Shown: positions 12,160 to 26,425 of the stretch, one piece after another
Layout: each line of letters starts with the position of its first letter
Position numbering within the stretch: the first letter of the stretch is position 1
DNA from: the human T2T-CHM13v2.0 reference genome, Homo sapiens
Length of the DNA stretch: 64,000 nt
Direction: 5' to 3' (one strand)
NCBI RefSeq assembly: GCF_009914755.1
Contig: NC_060928.1
Position numbers and translations under genes: made by a program
The notes under the pieces: generated by a model
Databases searched by the model: none
The model's input: the letters and a program-made list of their open reading frames with translations, nothing else
What the model was told of the DNA's origin: nothing

Positions 12160-13288
12160 GATTCTCAGTGAAAAATAGATCTATAGATGCAAAACATCCC
12201 TTGACAATCTATGGGAAGAGTGGTTATTTCTTTTTTGATTATTGATGTTCCCAGCAATCTAGGCACAATCTCTGGTCCAATAAATATTTGGGACTAGTCT
12301 ACTGCAAGTCGATATCTGTTGAACTATGCTATGTCTAGCATTCTTGTAGGCTAAAATATCACCAATATCTTTTCTTTGTGTTTCCAATGACTTGTAATTA
12401 ATTACATTTCTATGACTGCTGGTAGGTGTTCTCGAGAGGTTTTGACTATTAAATATTAAATATCAAGAGATAACTTTTCCATATGTCTGAAAATTTCAAT
12501 GTCATAAGACCCTTAGGTTTTTGTTTTCTTTATTCATCTAGGCAGCACTTTTTCATTTTGGTGAATCCAATATATTCTTTTCCTTGTCAGTTGACTATTT
12601 TAGCTTTAAGAAATTGTAAAATCATGTAAAATTGATGTTATTTTATAGACAGAGTAATTGTAATACGGCTTGCTCAGTTGCCTAAAGATATAGACATATA
12701 TTGACAGGAACAGGCTAGAAATTGTCTTCAGATGATCACTCACAAAACCAAGTGCTTTTGCTATAGTCATGAATAAGGATCAAGAATGAGGAAGATAATA
12801 ACACAAATTCTCTCTAGAATTTCTTGTAGAGCTATTTCATTTCAGTTTGCCATAGTTTTGTTTAGTCAGAGATGACCTTTTGAGCAATGAAAAGACAATT
12901 TTGCCTTCAATTGAACACTAATCCCTACTAATTAGAATTTAGAAAGTCATGTTTTTTTAAATGTCTACCTTCCGGCTGTCATATCTCTGATATGTGTTTG
13001 CCTTTATTCTTGTTGGTTTCCTATTGATTATGGAAACATTAGACTTAGTATCTCACACACTAATTCAGGCAACTGGTAGGCATACATACATCAGTAAAGT
13101 AATTCATTTTATCCTTCTAGCATTATATCCTCCTATTTTTTTGCCCATTTACACAAATAATCATTTCAGTATGAAAGATGTTATAAATCATTTAACACCT
13201 AGGGGACAGTTACAACAACAACAATGCAACTTTATCTTCTCAATTTTTTTTATTTCCTTATCCCTCTCCATACACATTTTTTACTGCC

Positions 13289-13666
13289 TGTATTAGTCCA
13301 TGCTTGCACTGCTATATAGAAATACCTGAGACTGGATAATTTGTAAAGAAAAGAGGTTTAATTGGCTCATGGTTCCACAGGCTGTACAGGAAGCATGATG
13401 GGTTATGGGGAGGCCTCAGGATACTTTCAATCATGCTGAAAGGTGAAGGGGAAGCAGGCATGTCTTACATGGTCAGAGCAGGAGGAAGAGGGAAGCCAGA
13501 TTTTGCAGTAACTCACTCTTGGGCCAGGACAACACCCAGAGGAATGGTTTAAACCATGAGAAACCACCCTCATGATTTGATTACCTCCCAAGAGTCCCCA
13601 CCTCTGAAATTGGGTATTACAATTCAACATGAGATTTGAGTGGCAACAGAGATGCAAACCATATCA
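13289..13666 (-). mobile_element. MaLR solo LTR, MSTA-like
   Basis: tgtattagtccatg...aaatacctgagactgg...caaaccatatca termini; near-TSD CTGCC/CTCCC. Confidence 0.92.
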
Positions 13667-14209
13667 CTCCCCCATGCTTGTTCCCTCAGCCCTCTCTCTT
13701 CTCCTTGACAATGGCTAGCACTGTGAATTTTACAAAACTATGGAAAATTAGAAATAAATTACTAATTTGCTTTGAGGAAATATTTGAGCATGTTATAAAT
13801 GAGTGAGTAGCCGAAGTAATGAAGCAAATTACAAAGGCAAAGAAGCATTAACCTTATTTTACAAAGGGTCTTTATAGTCACTTCCCAGAACAGAATGTCT
13901 GCTAGTGAAAGAAAATTAAGATAGAAGAGCAATGAGATAGTTTGTATAGGCATTAGCCAAAATCTTCAATACAATTTGGAAACTAATTATTGATCTTCTT
14001 CTACTTGTTTCACATATCCTTTATTTTTCTTAAGAAAACCCATTAAATTTAGACTTACATTTTAGGCTATAAGTTGAATCCATAACATAAGAAATTTTCT
14101 TGTGTGTAGCAAGGCTATGGATATGAAATTTCTTAAGATGCCACAAAACTAATCAGAGATTACGTAGAATAAAAACCACTTCCACTTCACTATTTTTTCT
14201 CATCTGCAG

Positions 14210-14544
14210 CAGCAGTTCCCAAACTTTTTGGCACCAGGGACTGGTTTTGTGGAAGACAGTTTTTTCATGTATCGGGGGTGGAGCAGGGTGGGGATGAAAC
14301 TGTGCCACCTCAGATCATCAGGCATTAGATTCTCATAAGGAGCCTGCAACCTAAATCCCTTGTATATCCAGTTCACAGTAGGATTCACACCCCCATGAGA
14401 CTCTAATGCCACCACTGATTTGACAGGAAGCAGAGCTCAGGCAGTAATAACCCCTTGCCAACTGCTCACCTCCTGTTGTGTGGCCCAGTTCCTTATAGGC
14501 CACGGACTGGTACAGGTCAGTGGCCTGGGGATTGAGGATCGCTA
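14210..14544. mobile_element. MER1 (MER1B-like) hAT-Charlie non-autonomous DNA transposon
   Basis: cagcagttcccaaactttttggcaccagggactggttttgtggaagaca; catcaggcattagattctcataaggagc; degenerate TIR ttgaggatcgcta. Confidence 0.9.
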
Positions 14545-14885
14545 ATCTAGGGCGTTTAATTAGCTGAATTACTTCTATTCGCACTTGCCCTCCCCAGCTC
14601 TCCCCTCCTTTGTAGAATACAGTGTGCTGTATGCCATCCAGAAGGCTTTAGATGGCTCACTGTTGCCAGTTTTGAGAGACTTGACAGGCTCTTCATAACC
14701 AAGCCTCAGAAGACCTGAGTAAACTTATTTCTATCCACTCACTGTCAGGCACAGTACACTCTTAAAACAACAGCTCCACACAGCTTCTCAGAAGGGAATA
14801 AAGAAGCCAAATTAAAGGTAATTCATCTTTCAAATATTTATAAATATTTAACCGCATTCAATTTAATAGAGAAACATGCTTACAG

Positions 14886-15535
14886 TTTTTTAAAAATTTC
14901 TGGATACGTAGTTGCTATATATGTTTACAGGATATGTAAGATATTTTGTTGCAGGCATACAATGAGTGATAATCACATCAGGGTAAATGAGTTATCCATC
15001 ACTTCAAGTATTTATCATTTCTTTGTGTTACAGACATTCCAATTATATTCTTTTAGTTATTTTTAAGTGAACAATAAATTATTATTGATTGCACTCACCC
15101 TGTTGTGCTGTCAAATACTAGATCATATTCATCCTATCTAAGTATATTTTTTTACTCATTAACCATTACCCTCTTCCCCCAATACCTCCACTAGCCTTTC
15201 CAGCCTTTGGTAACCATCATTCCACTCTTTGGCTCCATGAGCTTAATTATCTTAATTTTTGGCTCCCACAAATGAATGAGAACATGCAAAATTTGACTTT
15301 CTGTACCTGGCTTATTTCACTTAACATAATGTCCTCCAGTTCCATTCATGTTGTTCCGAAGGACAGGATCTCATTCTTCTCTGTGGCTGAGTAGTACTCA
15401 TTGTGTATATGCACAACATTGTTTTTAATCTATTTGTCTGTTCATGGACAATTAGATTGCCTCCAAATATTGACTATTGTGAACAGTGCTGCAGTAAACA
15501 TGGGAGTGCAGAGTTCTTCAATACACTTATTTTCT
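14886..15535 (-). mobile_element. L1MA-like 3' end, first copy
   Basis: caggcatacaatgagtgataatcacatcagggtaaatg; ctggcttatttcacttaacataatgtcctccagttccat. Confidence 0.9.
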
Positions 15536-18500
15536 TTTTAAAAAATTTTTAATTCTTGTGGATACAGAGTAGTTGAATATTATTTATGGGGTCGATGAGA
15601 TACTTTGATATAGGCATGCAGTGTATAATAATCACATCATGCTAAATAGTATATCCATCTTCTCATGTGTTTATCTTTTGTGTTGCAAATAGTCCAGTTA
15701 TACTCTTTAAGTTATTTTTAAATGTGTAGCCAAATTATTAGTAACTATAGTCACCCTGTTATGTCATCAAACACTTGGCCTTATTCTTTCTAACTACTTT
15801 TTGTACTTACTAAACATCCCTTTTTCCCCCACCACTCCCACCTTACTACCCTCTCCAGCCTTCGGTTACCATCTTCCTACTCTCTATCTCGATGAGGTCA
15901 ATTTTGTTAATTTGTAGCTCTCACAAATAGGTGGGAACATGCAAAGTTTGTCTTTACATGCCTGGCTAATTTCATTTAACATGATGACCTCCAGTTCCAT
16001 CCATGTTGTTGCAAATTACAGGACCTCATTCTTTCTTCATGGTTGATTAGTACTCATTGTGTGTGTGTACCACCTTTTCTTTATCTGTTCCTCTGTCGAT
16101 AGACACTTCAGTTGCTTCCAAATACTGGCTATTATGAACAGTGCTGCAACAAACATAAAAATGGAGATATACCTTTAATATACTGATTTCCTTTCTTTTG
16201 GGTATATACCCAGCAGTGGGATTGCTAGATCGTATGGTAGCTGAATCAATTTTAGATTTTTGAGGAGCCTCCAAACTGTTCTTCAAAGTGGCTGTACTAA
16301 TTTACATTCTCACCAATAGTGTACGAGGGTTCCCTTTTCTCCACATCCTTGCCAGCATTTGTTATTGCCTGTCTTTTGAATGAAAGCCATTTTAAATAGG
16401 ATGAGATGATATCCCACTGGAGTTTTGATTTGCATTTCTCTGATGATCAATGATGTTGAGCACCTTTTCATATGCCTGTTTGCTGTTTGTATGTCTTGTT
16501 TTGAGAAGTGAATATTCACATCCTTTGCCCATGTTTAATTGGATTATTAAGTTTTTTCCTATAGAGTAGTTTAAGCTTCTTATATATTCTAGTTATTAAT
16601 CCCTTGTCAGTTAGGTAGTTTGCAAATATTTTCTCCCATTCTGTAGTTGTCTGTTCATTTTGTTGTTTGTTTTCTGTGCAGAAGCTTTTTAGCATGATGC
16701 GATCCCATTTGTCTATTTTTGCTTTAGTTACCTGTGCTTTGGGGTATAATACTCAAGAAATCTTTACCCAGACCAAAGTCCTAGAGAGTTTCCCCAATGC
16801 ATTCTTTTAGCAGTTTCATAGTTTGAGGACTTAGATTTAAGTATTATTTCCACTTTGACTTGATTTTTGCATATGGGTAGCAATAGGGGTCTAGTTTTAG
16901 TTTTCTGCATAGAGATATCTAGTTTTCCCACCACCATTTGTTGAAGAGACTGTCCTTTCCCTAATTTATGTTCTTGTCACCTCTGTTGAAAATGAATTTA
17001 CTGTAGATGTATGAATTTATTTATGGATTTTCTATTTTGTTCCATTGCTTTATGTGGCTTTTTTTTTCTGCCAGTACCATGCTGTTTTGGTTACTATAGC
17101 TTTGTAGCGTTAAGTTGAGGTCAGGTAATGTGATTCCTCCAGTTTTGCTCTTTTTGCTCAGGATGGCTTTGGCTATTCTGGGTCTTTTGTGACTCCATCT
17201 AAATTTTAGGATTTTTTTTTTTCTATTTCAGTGGAAGGTCATCGGTATTTTGCTCAGGACTACATTGAATCTATAGATTGCTTTAGCTAGTATGGACATT
17301 TTAACAGTATTGGGTCTTCTAATCCATGGACATGGAATATCTTTTCATTTTTTTGTTTCTTCTTTGATTTCTTTCAAGAATGTTTCATAGTTTTTATTGT
17401 AGAGATATTTTACTTCTCTTGTTAATTCCTAGTATTTTACTTTATTTGTAGCTATTGTAAATGGGAACACTTTCTAGATTTCTTTTTCAGATTGTTCACT
17501 CTTAGCATCAAGAAATGCACAGATTCTTGTATGTTGATTTTTGTATCCTAGAAGTTTACTGAGTTTATCAGTTTGATTGTTTTTAGTGGAATCTTCAGGA
17601 TTTTTCAAATATAAGATCATATTATCTGCAAACAAGGATAATTTGACTTCTTCATTTCCAATTTGGATGTACTTTATTTCTTTCTCTTGTCTGATTGCTC
17701 TAGCTAGGACTTCCAGTACTATGTTGAATAACAGTGGTGAAAGTGTACTCTTGTTGTGTTCCAGATCTTAGAGGAAAGGCTTTTAGTTTTTCTCTGTTCA
17801 CTATGATAACTAGCTGTGGGTCTGTTATATATAGCTTAAATTGTATTGAAGTATGTTTCTTATTTACCCAGTTTTTTTAGGACTTTTTAATCATGAAATA
17901 ATATTGAGTTTTATTAAATTCTTTTTCCGTGTCAGTTGAAATGATCACGATTTTGTCCTTCATTTTGTTTTTATGATGTATCACATCGATTTGCATTTGA
18001 TGAACCATTTTTGCATCCTGGAGATAAACCCACTTGCTCATGATGAATGATCTTTTTAATGTGTTGTTGTGTTCTGTTTGCCAGCATTTTGTTGAGGTTT
18101 TTTACATCAATGTTTTTCAGAGATATTGGCCTGTAGTTTTCTTTTTTGATGTGTCTTTGTCTGGTTTGGTATCAGGGTAATACTAGCTTCACTGAATGCA
18201 TGTAGAAGTACTTCCTCCTCCTCTATTTTTCTTAGTTGTTTAAGAAGGATTGGTGTTAGCTCTTTAAATGTCTGATAAAATTTAGCAGTAAAGCCACCAG
18301 GTCCTTGGCTTTTTTTTTTTTTTTTTTTACCGGGAGACTATTTATTATGGCTTAAATCTCATTACTTGTTATGGTCTATTCAGATTTTGGTTTTCTTTAT
18401 GGCTAAATTTTTTGGGTTGAATATCCTCAAAATATATTTATTTTTTCTATTTTTTCCTTTTTTAATGTATGTTTGCTCGTTTCTAATGATCTTTTGAATT

Positions 18501-20920
18501 TCTCCACTATCTGTTGTAATGTCTCCTTTTTTTTGTCTTTTATTTCATTTATTTGGGTCTTCTCTCTTTTTTTCTTAGACTTTTTAAAGGTTCATCAAAT
18601 GTATCTTTTCAAAAAATTAACTTTTCATTTTGTTGATCTTTTGTATTCTGTATGTTTTCATTTCAATGTCATTTATTTCTGCTCTGTTCTTTATTAATTT
18701 CTTCAGCTAATTTTACATTTGCGATTTGCTCATGCTTTTGTAGTTCTTTAAGATGTATTGTTAGCTTGTTCAAGTTTTAAAAAAAAATATTTAGGATCAT
18801 ATAGCTATACATTTTTCTCTTAGTACTTCTTGCGCTGTATCCCATAGATGTTGGTATGTTGATCCATGTTCATCTGTTTCAAGAAATTTTAAAATTTCCT
18901 TAAGCTTCTCATTGACCCAGTGGTCATTCAGAGCATACTGTTTAATTTCCATGGGCTTGTGTAGTTTTCAGAGATCCTCTTGTTATTGATTTTCAGTTTT
19001 ATTCCATTGTAGTTAGAAAGGATAATTGATATTATTTCAAATTTTTTTGTTTTTGAAGACCCTTTTGTGGTCTAACATGCAGTCTATCATTGAGAATTAT
19101 CCATGTGCCAAGGAAAATAATGTGTATTCTGCAACCATTGGATGAAACATTCTGTGAACATCTATTAGGCCCATTTGGTCTATAGTCCAGATTAAGTCTG
19201 ATGTTTCTGTGTGGATTTTCTATCTGTGTGATCTCTCTAATGCTGAAAGTGGGGTGTTGATGTGTCCAGTTATTTCTGCATTGGAGTCTATCTCTCTTTA
19301 ATTCAAATAATATTTGCTTGTTTATCTGGGTGCTCTAGTGTTGGGTGCATATATATATTTATAATTGTTAATATCCTCATGCTGTATTGACCCCTTTATC
19401 ATTAAATAATGACCATCTCTGTTTCTTTTTATGGTTTTTGTCTTAAAATTTATTTTGTCTGATGTACATAGAGCTACTCCTGCCATTTTCTGCTTTTCAT
19501 TTTCATGGAATATCTTTTCTCATCTCTTTATTTTCAGTGTATGTGTGTGTTTATGGGTGAAGTTTGTATCCTGTAGAGAGCAGATAGTTGGGGCTTTAAA
19601 AAAAAATCCATTCAGCTACTTTATGTCTTTTGATTGGAGAGTTTAGTCCATTTGGATTCAATGTTATTAATAAGTAATGATTTACTACTGCCATTTTGTT
19701 TCTCGTTTTCCAGTTATTTTGTATTTTTTCCTTCCTTCTCCTTCCTTCCTTCCTTTTATCCTTCTTCCCACCTTCTATCCTGGCATACTTTTTGTGAAAG
19801 TGATTTTCTCTGGTGGTATGATTACATTTCTTGCTTTTTATTATTTGTGTATCGATTGCAGTTTTTTGCATTTGAGGTTACCATGAGGCTTGCAAATAAC
19901 ATCTTATAACAAATTACTTTAAACTGTTCAAAACTTAACACTGATTGCATAAACAACAAAAATAGCAAGCAAGTCAATATAAAATGAATAAAAATTATAC
20001 TGTAACTTCATTCCATCAGTTTTCTTACTTTTTGTTGCTTTTATTTATATCTTGCTATACTGCCTATGTCTTGAATAGTTGTAGTTATTACTTTCGATTG
20101 GTTCATCTTTTAGTCTTTCTACTCAAGCTATCAGTAGTATACATCCCAGAATTACAGTGTTATAATACTCTGTATTTGTCTGTCAACTTACTATTACCGG
20201 TGAACTTTGTACCTTCAGATGATTTCTTATTGCTTGTTAACATCCTTTACTTTCAGATTGAAGAACTCTATTTAGCATTTATTGTAGAACGTGTCTAGTG
20301 TTGAAAAAAATCCCTCAAATTTTGTTTGTCTGGGAAAGACTTTGTATCTCCTTCATGTTTGAAAGATATTTTCTTTAAATATATCATGCCACCCTCTCCT
20401 GGCATATCAGGTTTCTACTAAGTCCCCTGCCAAACATATTGGAGCTTCTTTGTATGTTACTTGTTTCTTTTCCCTTGCTGCTTTTAGGACCTCTTTTAAA
20501 AAAATACTTGATTTGGGGAGTTTGATTATTAAATATCTTAGGTAGTCTTATGCGGGTTAAATCTGCTTGGTTTTCTTTAACCTTTTTGTACTTGAATATT
20601 GATATCTTTCTTACATTTCAAAAGTTCTTTGTTATTATCTTTTGTAATAAACTTTCTACCCCGATCTCTCTGTCTCTACCTCTTCTTTAGGGCCAATGAC
20701 TTTTAGATTTTCTCTTTTGAGGTTGTTTTCTAAATCTTACAGACTGCTTCATTCTTTTTAATTCTTTTTTCTTTTGCCTCCTCTGACTGTGTATTTTCAA
20801 ATAGAGTGTGTTCAGGTTTACTAATTCTTTCTTTTTCTGAATCAATTCTGTTGGTGAGAGACTGATGCATTCTTCAGTGTGTCAGTTGCACTTCTTAGCT
20901 TCAGAGTTTCTGCTTTGGTG
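15536..20920 (-). mobile_element. Long decayed L1MA-like element (3'UTR, ORF2, inter-ORF and part of ORF1)
   Basis: Continuous antisense L1 homology; minus ORF 16310-16519 ([18 protein letters not shown]) is ORF2 C-terminus; 19596-19871 includes ITLNPNGLNSPIKRHKVAEWI (endonuclease N-terminus). Confidence 0.93.
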
Positions 20921-22259
20921 TTCCTGTTGCGGGAACCATCATTGGAGGGTTCTATTTTACTATCTTGTTCCACCTCCCCAGTTCTTGTAAATATGAAACC
21001 AAAATCTTTACAATGGTATTGACCTTTAAAACTCCTTGCAGATCTGTAATTGTAAACAAATAATATTTTGAAGCTCAGGTCATTATTTTTTATCTTATGA
21101 GGCACATGATTGGTTATGACCTTTGAACAATAATCTTATTGAATATGCACAGATCATCTTAAGTGTTAAGAGTGTCTAAGGAAATATACATTACCTGCCA
21201 GATTTATGTATATGTATGTACATTTTTGAGAGGAAAAAGGCAATTTTTAAAGCTAACATTTGGGGACAAACAACTAATATTAAGCTAAAAGTAAAAATGC
21301 CTTGACCTTCTTATACTGGTTCTATTTTTCTCTTTGTCCCTGATAGTGACAGATGACATTCATAGTCCCAATGAGCTTTTCTCATATTTTTGATTTATCA
21401 AAATGCATGATTTAATAACTGTCTTTAATTTTATTTTCAAAATATAGGCAAACAGTTGCATATGGTACGGTACTAAATGTGTTAAAGAACCTTTTGTTCC
21501 CTACTCTATTTCGAGGTGAAAGAGAATGCTAATGTAATGATAAGTAAATGATTCTTTCACATTTGGCTTTCCTTCCATCTTCAATTTAAAAAGTTAGCTA
21601 GGTACCCACTCAGAATAATTGAATAATGCTTCTTTCTACCTAACACTGCTGTAGAAGCATTTATTTCCTCTCATATTTCCAGTTATCTCTAGGCACAGCT
21701 TTAGGTAATATCTTAAAAGTTACAAAAATATTTTCTTATGGTATGATTTCATAAATCCTTTATCAACAAACGCAAATCATTCAAAGGTTTGTATTTGAAG
21801 TTTTTTAAATAAGCACATAAAGCTAGTGGCCATGTAGCAAACCTCTAAATTTTTTTAAAATGTTTCTTTTGTTCTTATTTTTGTGAAAATTTGTTATGTC
21901 TTTCAACTTTAGAAGAAGTTTTTTTTCCCATAAAAAAAAAATCTCACCATGGGGTTTCTATTTTGATGCTATCTTGTGGATGGGACATTTGGCTAGGTCA
22001 TCAAATGGTCTGCATCTCACCAGCTGCTGTTTTTCCCTCCCTCCCAAGACCTTGAGAAAGTAACGTAACATTCCTAAGTATCTATTTCTAACTTTGTCTA
22101 AGTATTTCACAAAAAACGAATTCAACAAATGCTTATAGATGACTTTTGTATTCATAAGTTGATTTTCTTTAAAGGAAATACTAATCCCTTGTTTTCTTCT
22201 CCTTGCTCATCTTGTTTAGTAATTTAGAAAACCCAATGCCTATATTAAAAAACAAAATT

Positions 22260-22582
22260 GGCTGGGTGTGGTGTCTCACACCTGTAATCCCAGCACTTTG
22301 GGAGGCTAAGGCAGGCGGATCACAAGGTCAAGAGATCGAGACCATCCTGGCCAACATGGTGAAACCCCGTCTCCACTAAAAATACAAAAATTAGCTGGGC
22401 GTAGTGATGCATTCCTATAGTCCCAGCTACTCAGAAGGCTGCGGCAGGAGAATCACTTGAATCTGGGAGGCGGAGGTTGCAGTGAGCTGAGATTGCACCA
22501 TTGCACACCAGCCTGGGCTACAGAGCGAGACTCCATCTCAAAAAACAAAAACAACAACAACAACAGCAAGAACAACAAAAAC
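22260..22582 (+). mobile_element. AluSc-like SINE with (CAA)n-modified tail
   Basis: Dimeric Alu; ggatcacaaggtcaagagatcgagaccatcctggccaacatgg. Confidence 0.95.
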
Positions 22583-24499
22583 TGCATCATCTCTCTGTAT
22601 CCATCTCTTTATTTCTCTCTCTAGTATGTTCCCGAGTGCTTGAGTTCTCTAATGATCTATGGCATGAAGCAGCCTTTATCAGCTTGGCCACTTGAACAAT
22701 TACGTGTTGCACATCACATCAAAGAAAAGGGGGATGATAAATGAATATCATCTTGTTTTGGTGGCTATTAAATGCCTTCACTTTCATACAATGAGAAATT
22801 TGATAAACTGAGTTGAGCCTCATGGTTAATGACATTTCCAAATTTTAGAATATCCATAAATAATGGAGGAACTTATTATAAACAATAGGGGATAAAACAA
22901 AGAACCTCTCTTCTGACACATGAGAACAAATGACTTCACATCTCATCTATTTTTAGAGAATGATGTTGAAGTCTATTCATTTATCCTCTGTTATTCATTT
23001 TTGGATAAATAATGATGCTCTTTTAAAACCTGAAGTCCAAATGCCTTAATACAATAAGATATGTGACATTTTATAGGCATTTTGTAACAAGTCTTGCATG
23101 TCACTATAGTGCGGTTACATACAATATCAATTATTCCCTAAGGTATTATATAGTTGTAGATCATAAACTTATAGCTTAAATTAAACATCACAGCTGGTTG
23201 CTTTAATTTGATGCATTATGCCACAAATGTTTCAACAGCTTGACTAAGATGAGCCATACTGCCGATTCAAAAGAAGAGCGAAGGTCAATGCACAGGAAGC
23301 CTAGTCATTTGCAGATTTTCTTTGAGAATATTAAAAAGCATTCTGCAGAATATAGTTAAATGGAATATAACCAAACAAAATTAAAGAAAACAGAGCAGAC
23401 TATTGCGATGGTGTTTCACTTATAAAAAGCAGCCTATAAATTCTTAATTTCATGTCAGTGTTTACGATAGCACATTTTAAAAATCATGAATAGGGTGCTT
23501 TGAGAATGTTGTTTACTTCTTTCATTGTGGTAGCCTTGCCTGCTTCTTTTCAAACTTAAAACTTCATTAAATCTGCAAAGGAAGGCAATTATGAGAAGAA
23601 AGATAAAAAATGATTGCCCCCTTTTTCCCCTCTCTCCAGGAAAGTTTTTCCCCCTCAATTAGAAGACCAGAAAAGCTGTCTTTTCACTCATCCCATTCTT
23701 CACTCCAAAAGTCTTTAGCTAAGAATACTGATAATAATTCCACCAAGATTATCATTCATTATAATGAAAACCCAATTTTTATTCTAACTCCAAGGGTATT
23801 CTAACCCATAATAATTAGCCCTAAATATTATTTTTGAAGCAATTCACAAGCTAAAATAATCTGTTAGTTAAGATCAGAAAATAAAACTCCCTCAAATCAT
23901 GTGTGCTGGCAACACAACAGAGATGGAAGCAATCATGTGTGAAAGGTTAATAACATGATATTTTAAGATTAAAAAGATGAAACTAAGCTTTTCCGTATTT
24001 GTCATAAAGACATAAAATTTCAAAAACAAAATGAGAACCCAAATATCTCTGAGAGTTTGCTCTCACAACATCTAACTAATCATCATCTCTTAGTTCAGAA
24101 ACACTTAGTTGTTCATAAACCACAAATCCCTTAGTATGACATTTGGAGCCCCATTCAATCCCATTCATATATCATTAAACCATACTTAATTACACACTCT
24201 AGCCATTGCCTGTGTGTGTGAGTTTTTCTTTAGCCACTATTTTAAACACTCTTCCTCCTTTCAATACAGTTCAATTATTGTCTCCTATTAACGTAATGCT
24301 AATACTTTCAATCAAAATTAACCCTTCCTTTATTGATGTATCTATAAAACGTAATTATTATGGGATTTCAGTTATGGAATTCTTTTTGTCTCAGAGTTAT
24401 TTTAACAGGCAAAATATAAATTTCTTTGTTTCATGTATGACTCATCTTTTCTTTAGCTCTTCATTCTTCTGTGTAGGTAATTAATGTCTGTTGAGTTAA

Positions 24500-24640
24500 A
24501 TTACATCATCATTCTAATCCAACACTTTTTTTCTTTATAGTGAGGGAAACTAAGTTTCAGAGAGTTTAAGTATGTTTTCTGAACAAGAGAAACTAGTATT
24601 GTTTCCAGGATCAAAGACTTATTTCTTGCTCACCATACAT
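24500..24640 (-). mobile_element. MIR relic
   Basis: tttatagtgagggaaactaagtttcagagagtttaagtatgttttctgaac. Confidence 0.55.
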
Positions 24641-26204
24641 AAGTGCCTTATAAGGTGCAGGTAAAAAGCTTGATCTGCTTAAAGTTACTGATATAGTCAG
24701 AGTTTGGAGCTACTGCAAGTTTCTAGGTGCTCAGTTCAGCCTTAACTGGAGCAGAAAACATGCCCTGACCTCCTTATCTTGTTTTTTCTTAACTCTCTTG
24801 TGTACCAGTATTTTTGGAGTCGATTTGAATAACAATAGTAATCTGCTTTACCTCACTTTACCTATACATGGAAAAAGTATAATCCTGGAGGAAAGTATAA
24901 TCAATTGAAAAGAATATGGCATTTACAGTAGAGAAAGCTGAATATGGAACCTGGCTGTAGTATTGGTTGTCTTCCCTAACTTTACATTCAGTATTCCTAT
25001 TTGCCAGTCGAGGGAACAATACTTACCTCAAAAAAGTTATTGAAAGGAATAAATTGAGTTCATTTTTAAATGTTGACTAAGAAAGACTCTGACACAGATA
25101 ATTTGCTGAATAAAAACAAATCTATTTTCCCCCACTCTGCTGCTAAATATACCCAGATGCATTTGATTGAAGATATATTAAGGAATGGAGAATAGAAGGA
25201 AAAAAAAAGAAAAAAAAAAACAGAAGTAAACGGGAGAAAACAAACCCACTAAGATTTGGAGATCTTGCATGATACCACTACATCAGTGGCACTAAACCCA
25301 ATAAGATTTGGTTCTAAGCTTTGCTCAATTTAGTCTCTTTCAAGTAGTCTTTCTTTAGCTATTTTAGTCCCTTAGTCACATTAGTCCCTTTAGTTTTAGT
25401 GGAAAAAAACATCAGTTACTATCCAAATTATACATTCTAATGGGAGGAACTTTGGCATGTCCAGCAAGCTTCCATTTTCTCAGATGTAATGTGTGCATTA
25501 TCATGGGAAATAAGCCAAGGCAGTTGCTGGCTTTTTGTGTTCCCTTCCATTCTCCCTTTTGCTATCATCCTAGAAAATCACAGTGATCCATTGTGAAACT
25601 GAAACTAAGTCTCACTTTTATGGACTATTTATCCTTAATGACCTTCTCTTTTATTCAGCCACAGCTGTATGTTCCAAAAGTCTAGGTGTTACCATAACAT
25701 AGACCATGCTATCTAGCTATCTTACACACCAAAATCCTACTCCATAACCATGAGCCCCTGTCCTTGTAATTCTTCTAAAGCCATCCGCAATGCCTTGAAG
25801 TCCCTGTCCTTTCAGATTCTCTCAGTCTATGTCTTATTTTGGCCTTTTAAAATTTCCTGCTAAGTCTTATTATTTTCATCTATATTCTTAATTCATTTGT
25901 ACCTCTATTTGGGTACAGAGTGCAAGCACATTCAGAAAATCTCACTTTTAGATTAATAGGTCTTTTCACTTCCCCTGTTCTACTCTTGGGGTGTTGAGAA
26001 ATGCTAAATGAATAATATATCTGGGAAGATAGGCTTGTCTAAAGTGCATGGTCTAAAATATCAAAATGAGAGCTCCATGTTGCTATATGTTCTCATACCC
26101 CTACCCTGAAAATCTTTACACTATAGTTACTTTGATCTCAGCTCTGTGTCCCTGCACAAATTAAAAACTCGCTTAAGATATTAATCTTTCCTCAATGGAG
26201 ATGC

Positions 26205-26425
26205 AAATGTACTCTAGAAGTGGATGTTCTGTGTCTGAATCTCAACTATGCCACTGACTAGTTTTGTGACCTTAGATCAAATATTTATGTCTGTACCTCT
26301 GATTTCCTATGTGATAATTAGAAAAGTACATAATAGTTTTGTGAGAATTAAGTGACTTAATAATTGTGAAACATTTAGAATAGCTCTGGTCATATAGTAA
26401 TTACCAAACAGCTATCCACTATTAT
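26205..26425 (+). mobile_element. MIR SINE
   Basis: tctgaatctcaactatgccactgactagttttgtgaccttagatcaa...tttgtgagaattaagtgacttaata...acatttagaatag. Confidence 0.75.

Noticed and set aside
20924-20936. tgttgcgggaa resembling a MER11-type LTR start
   Set aside because: Similarity does not extend beyond about 11 nt
22501-22695. Poly-glutamine ORF
   Set aside because: Translation of an Alu (CAA)n tail
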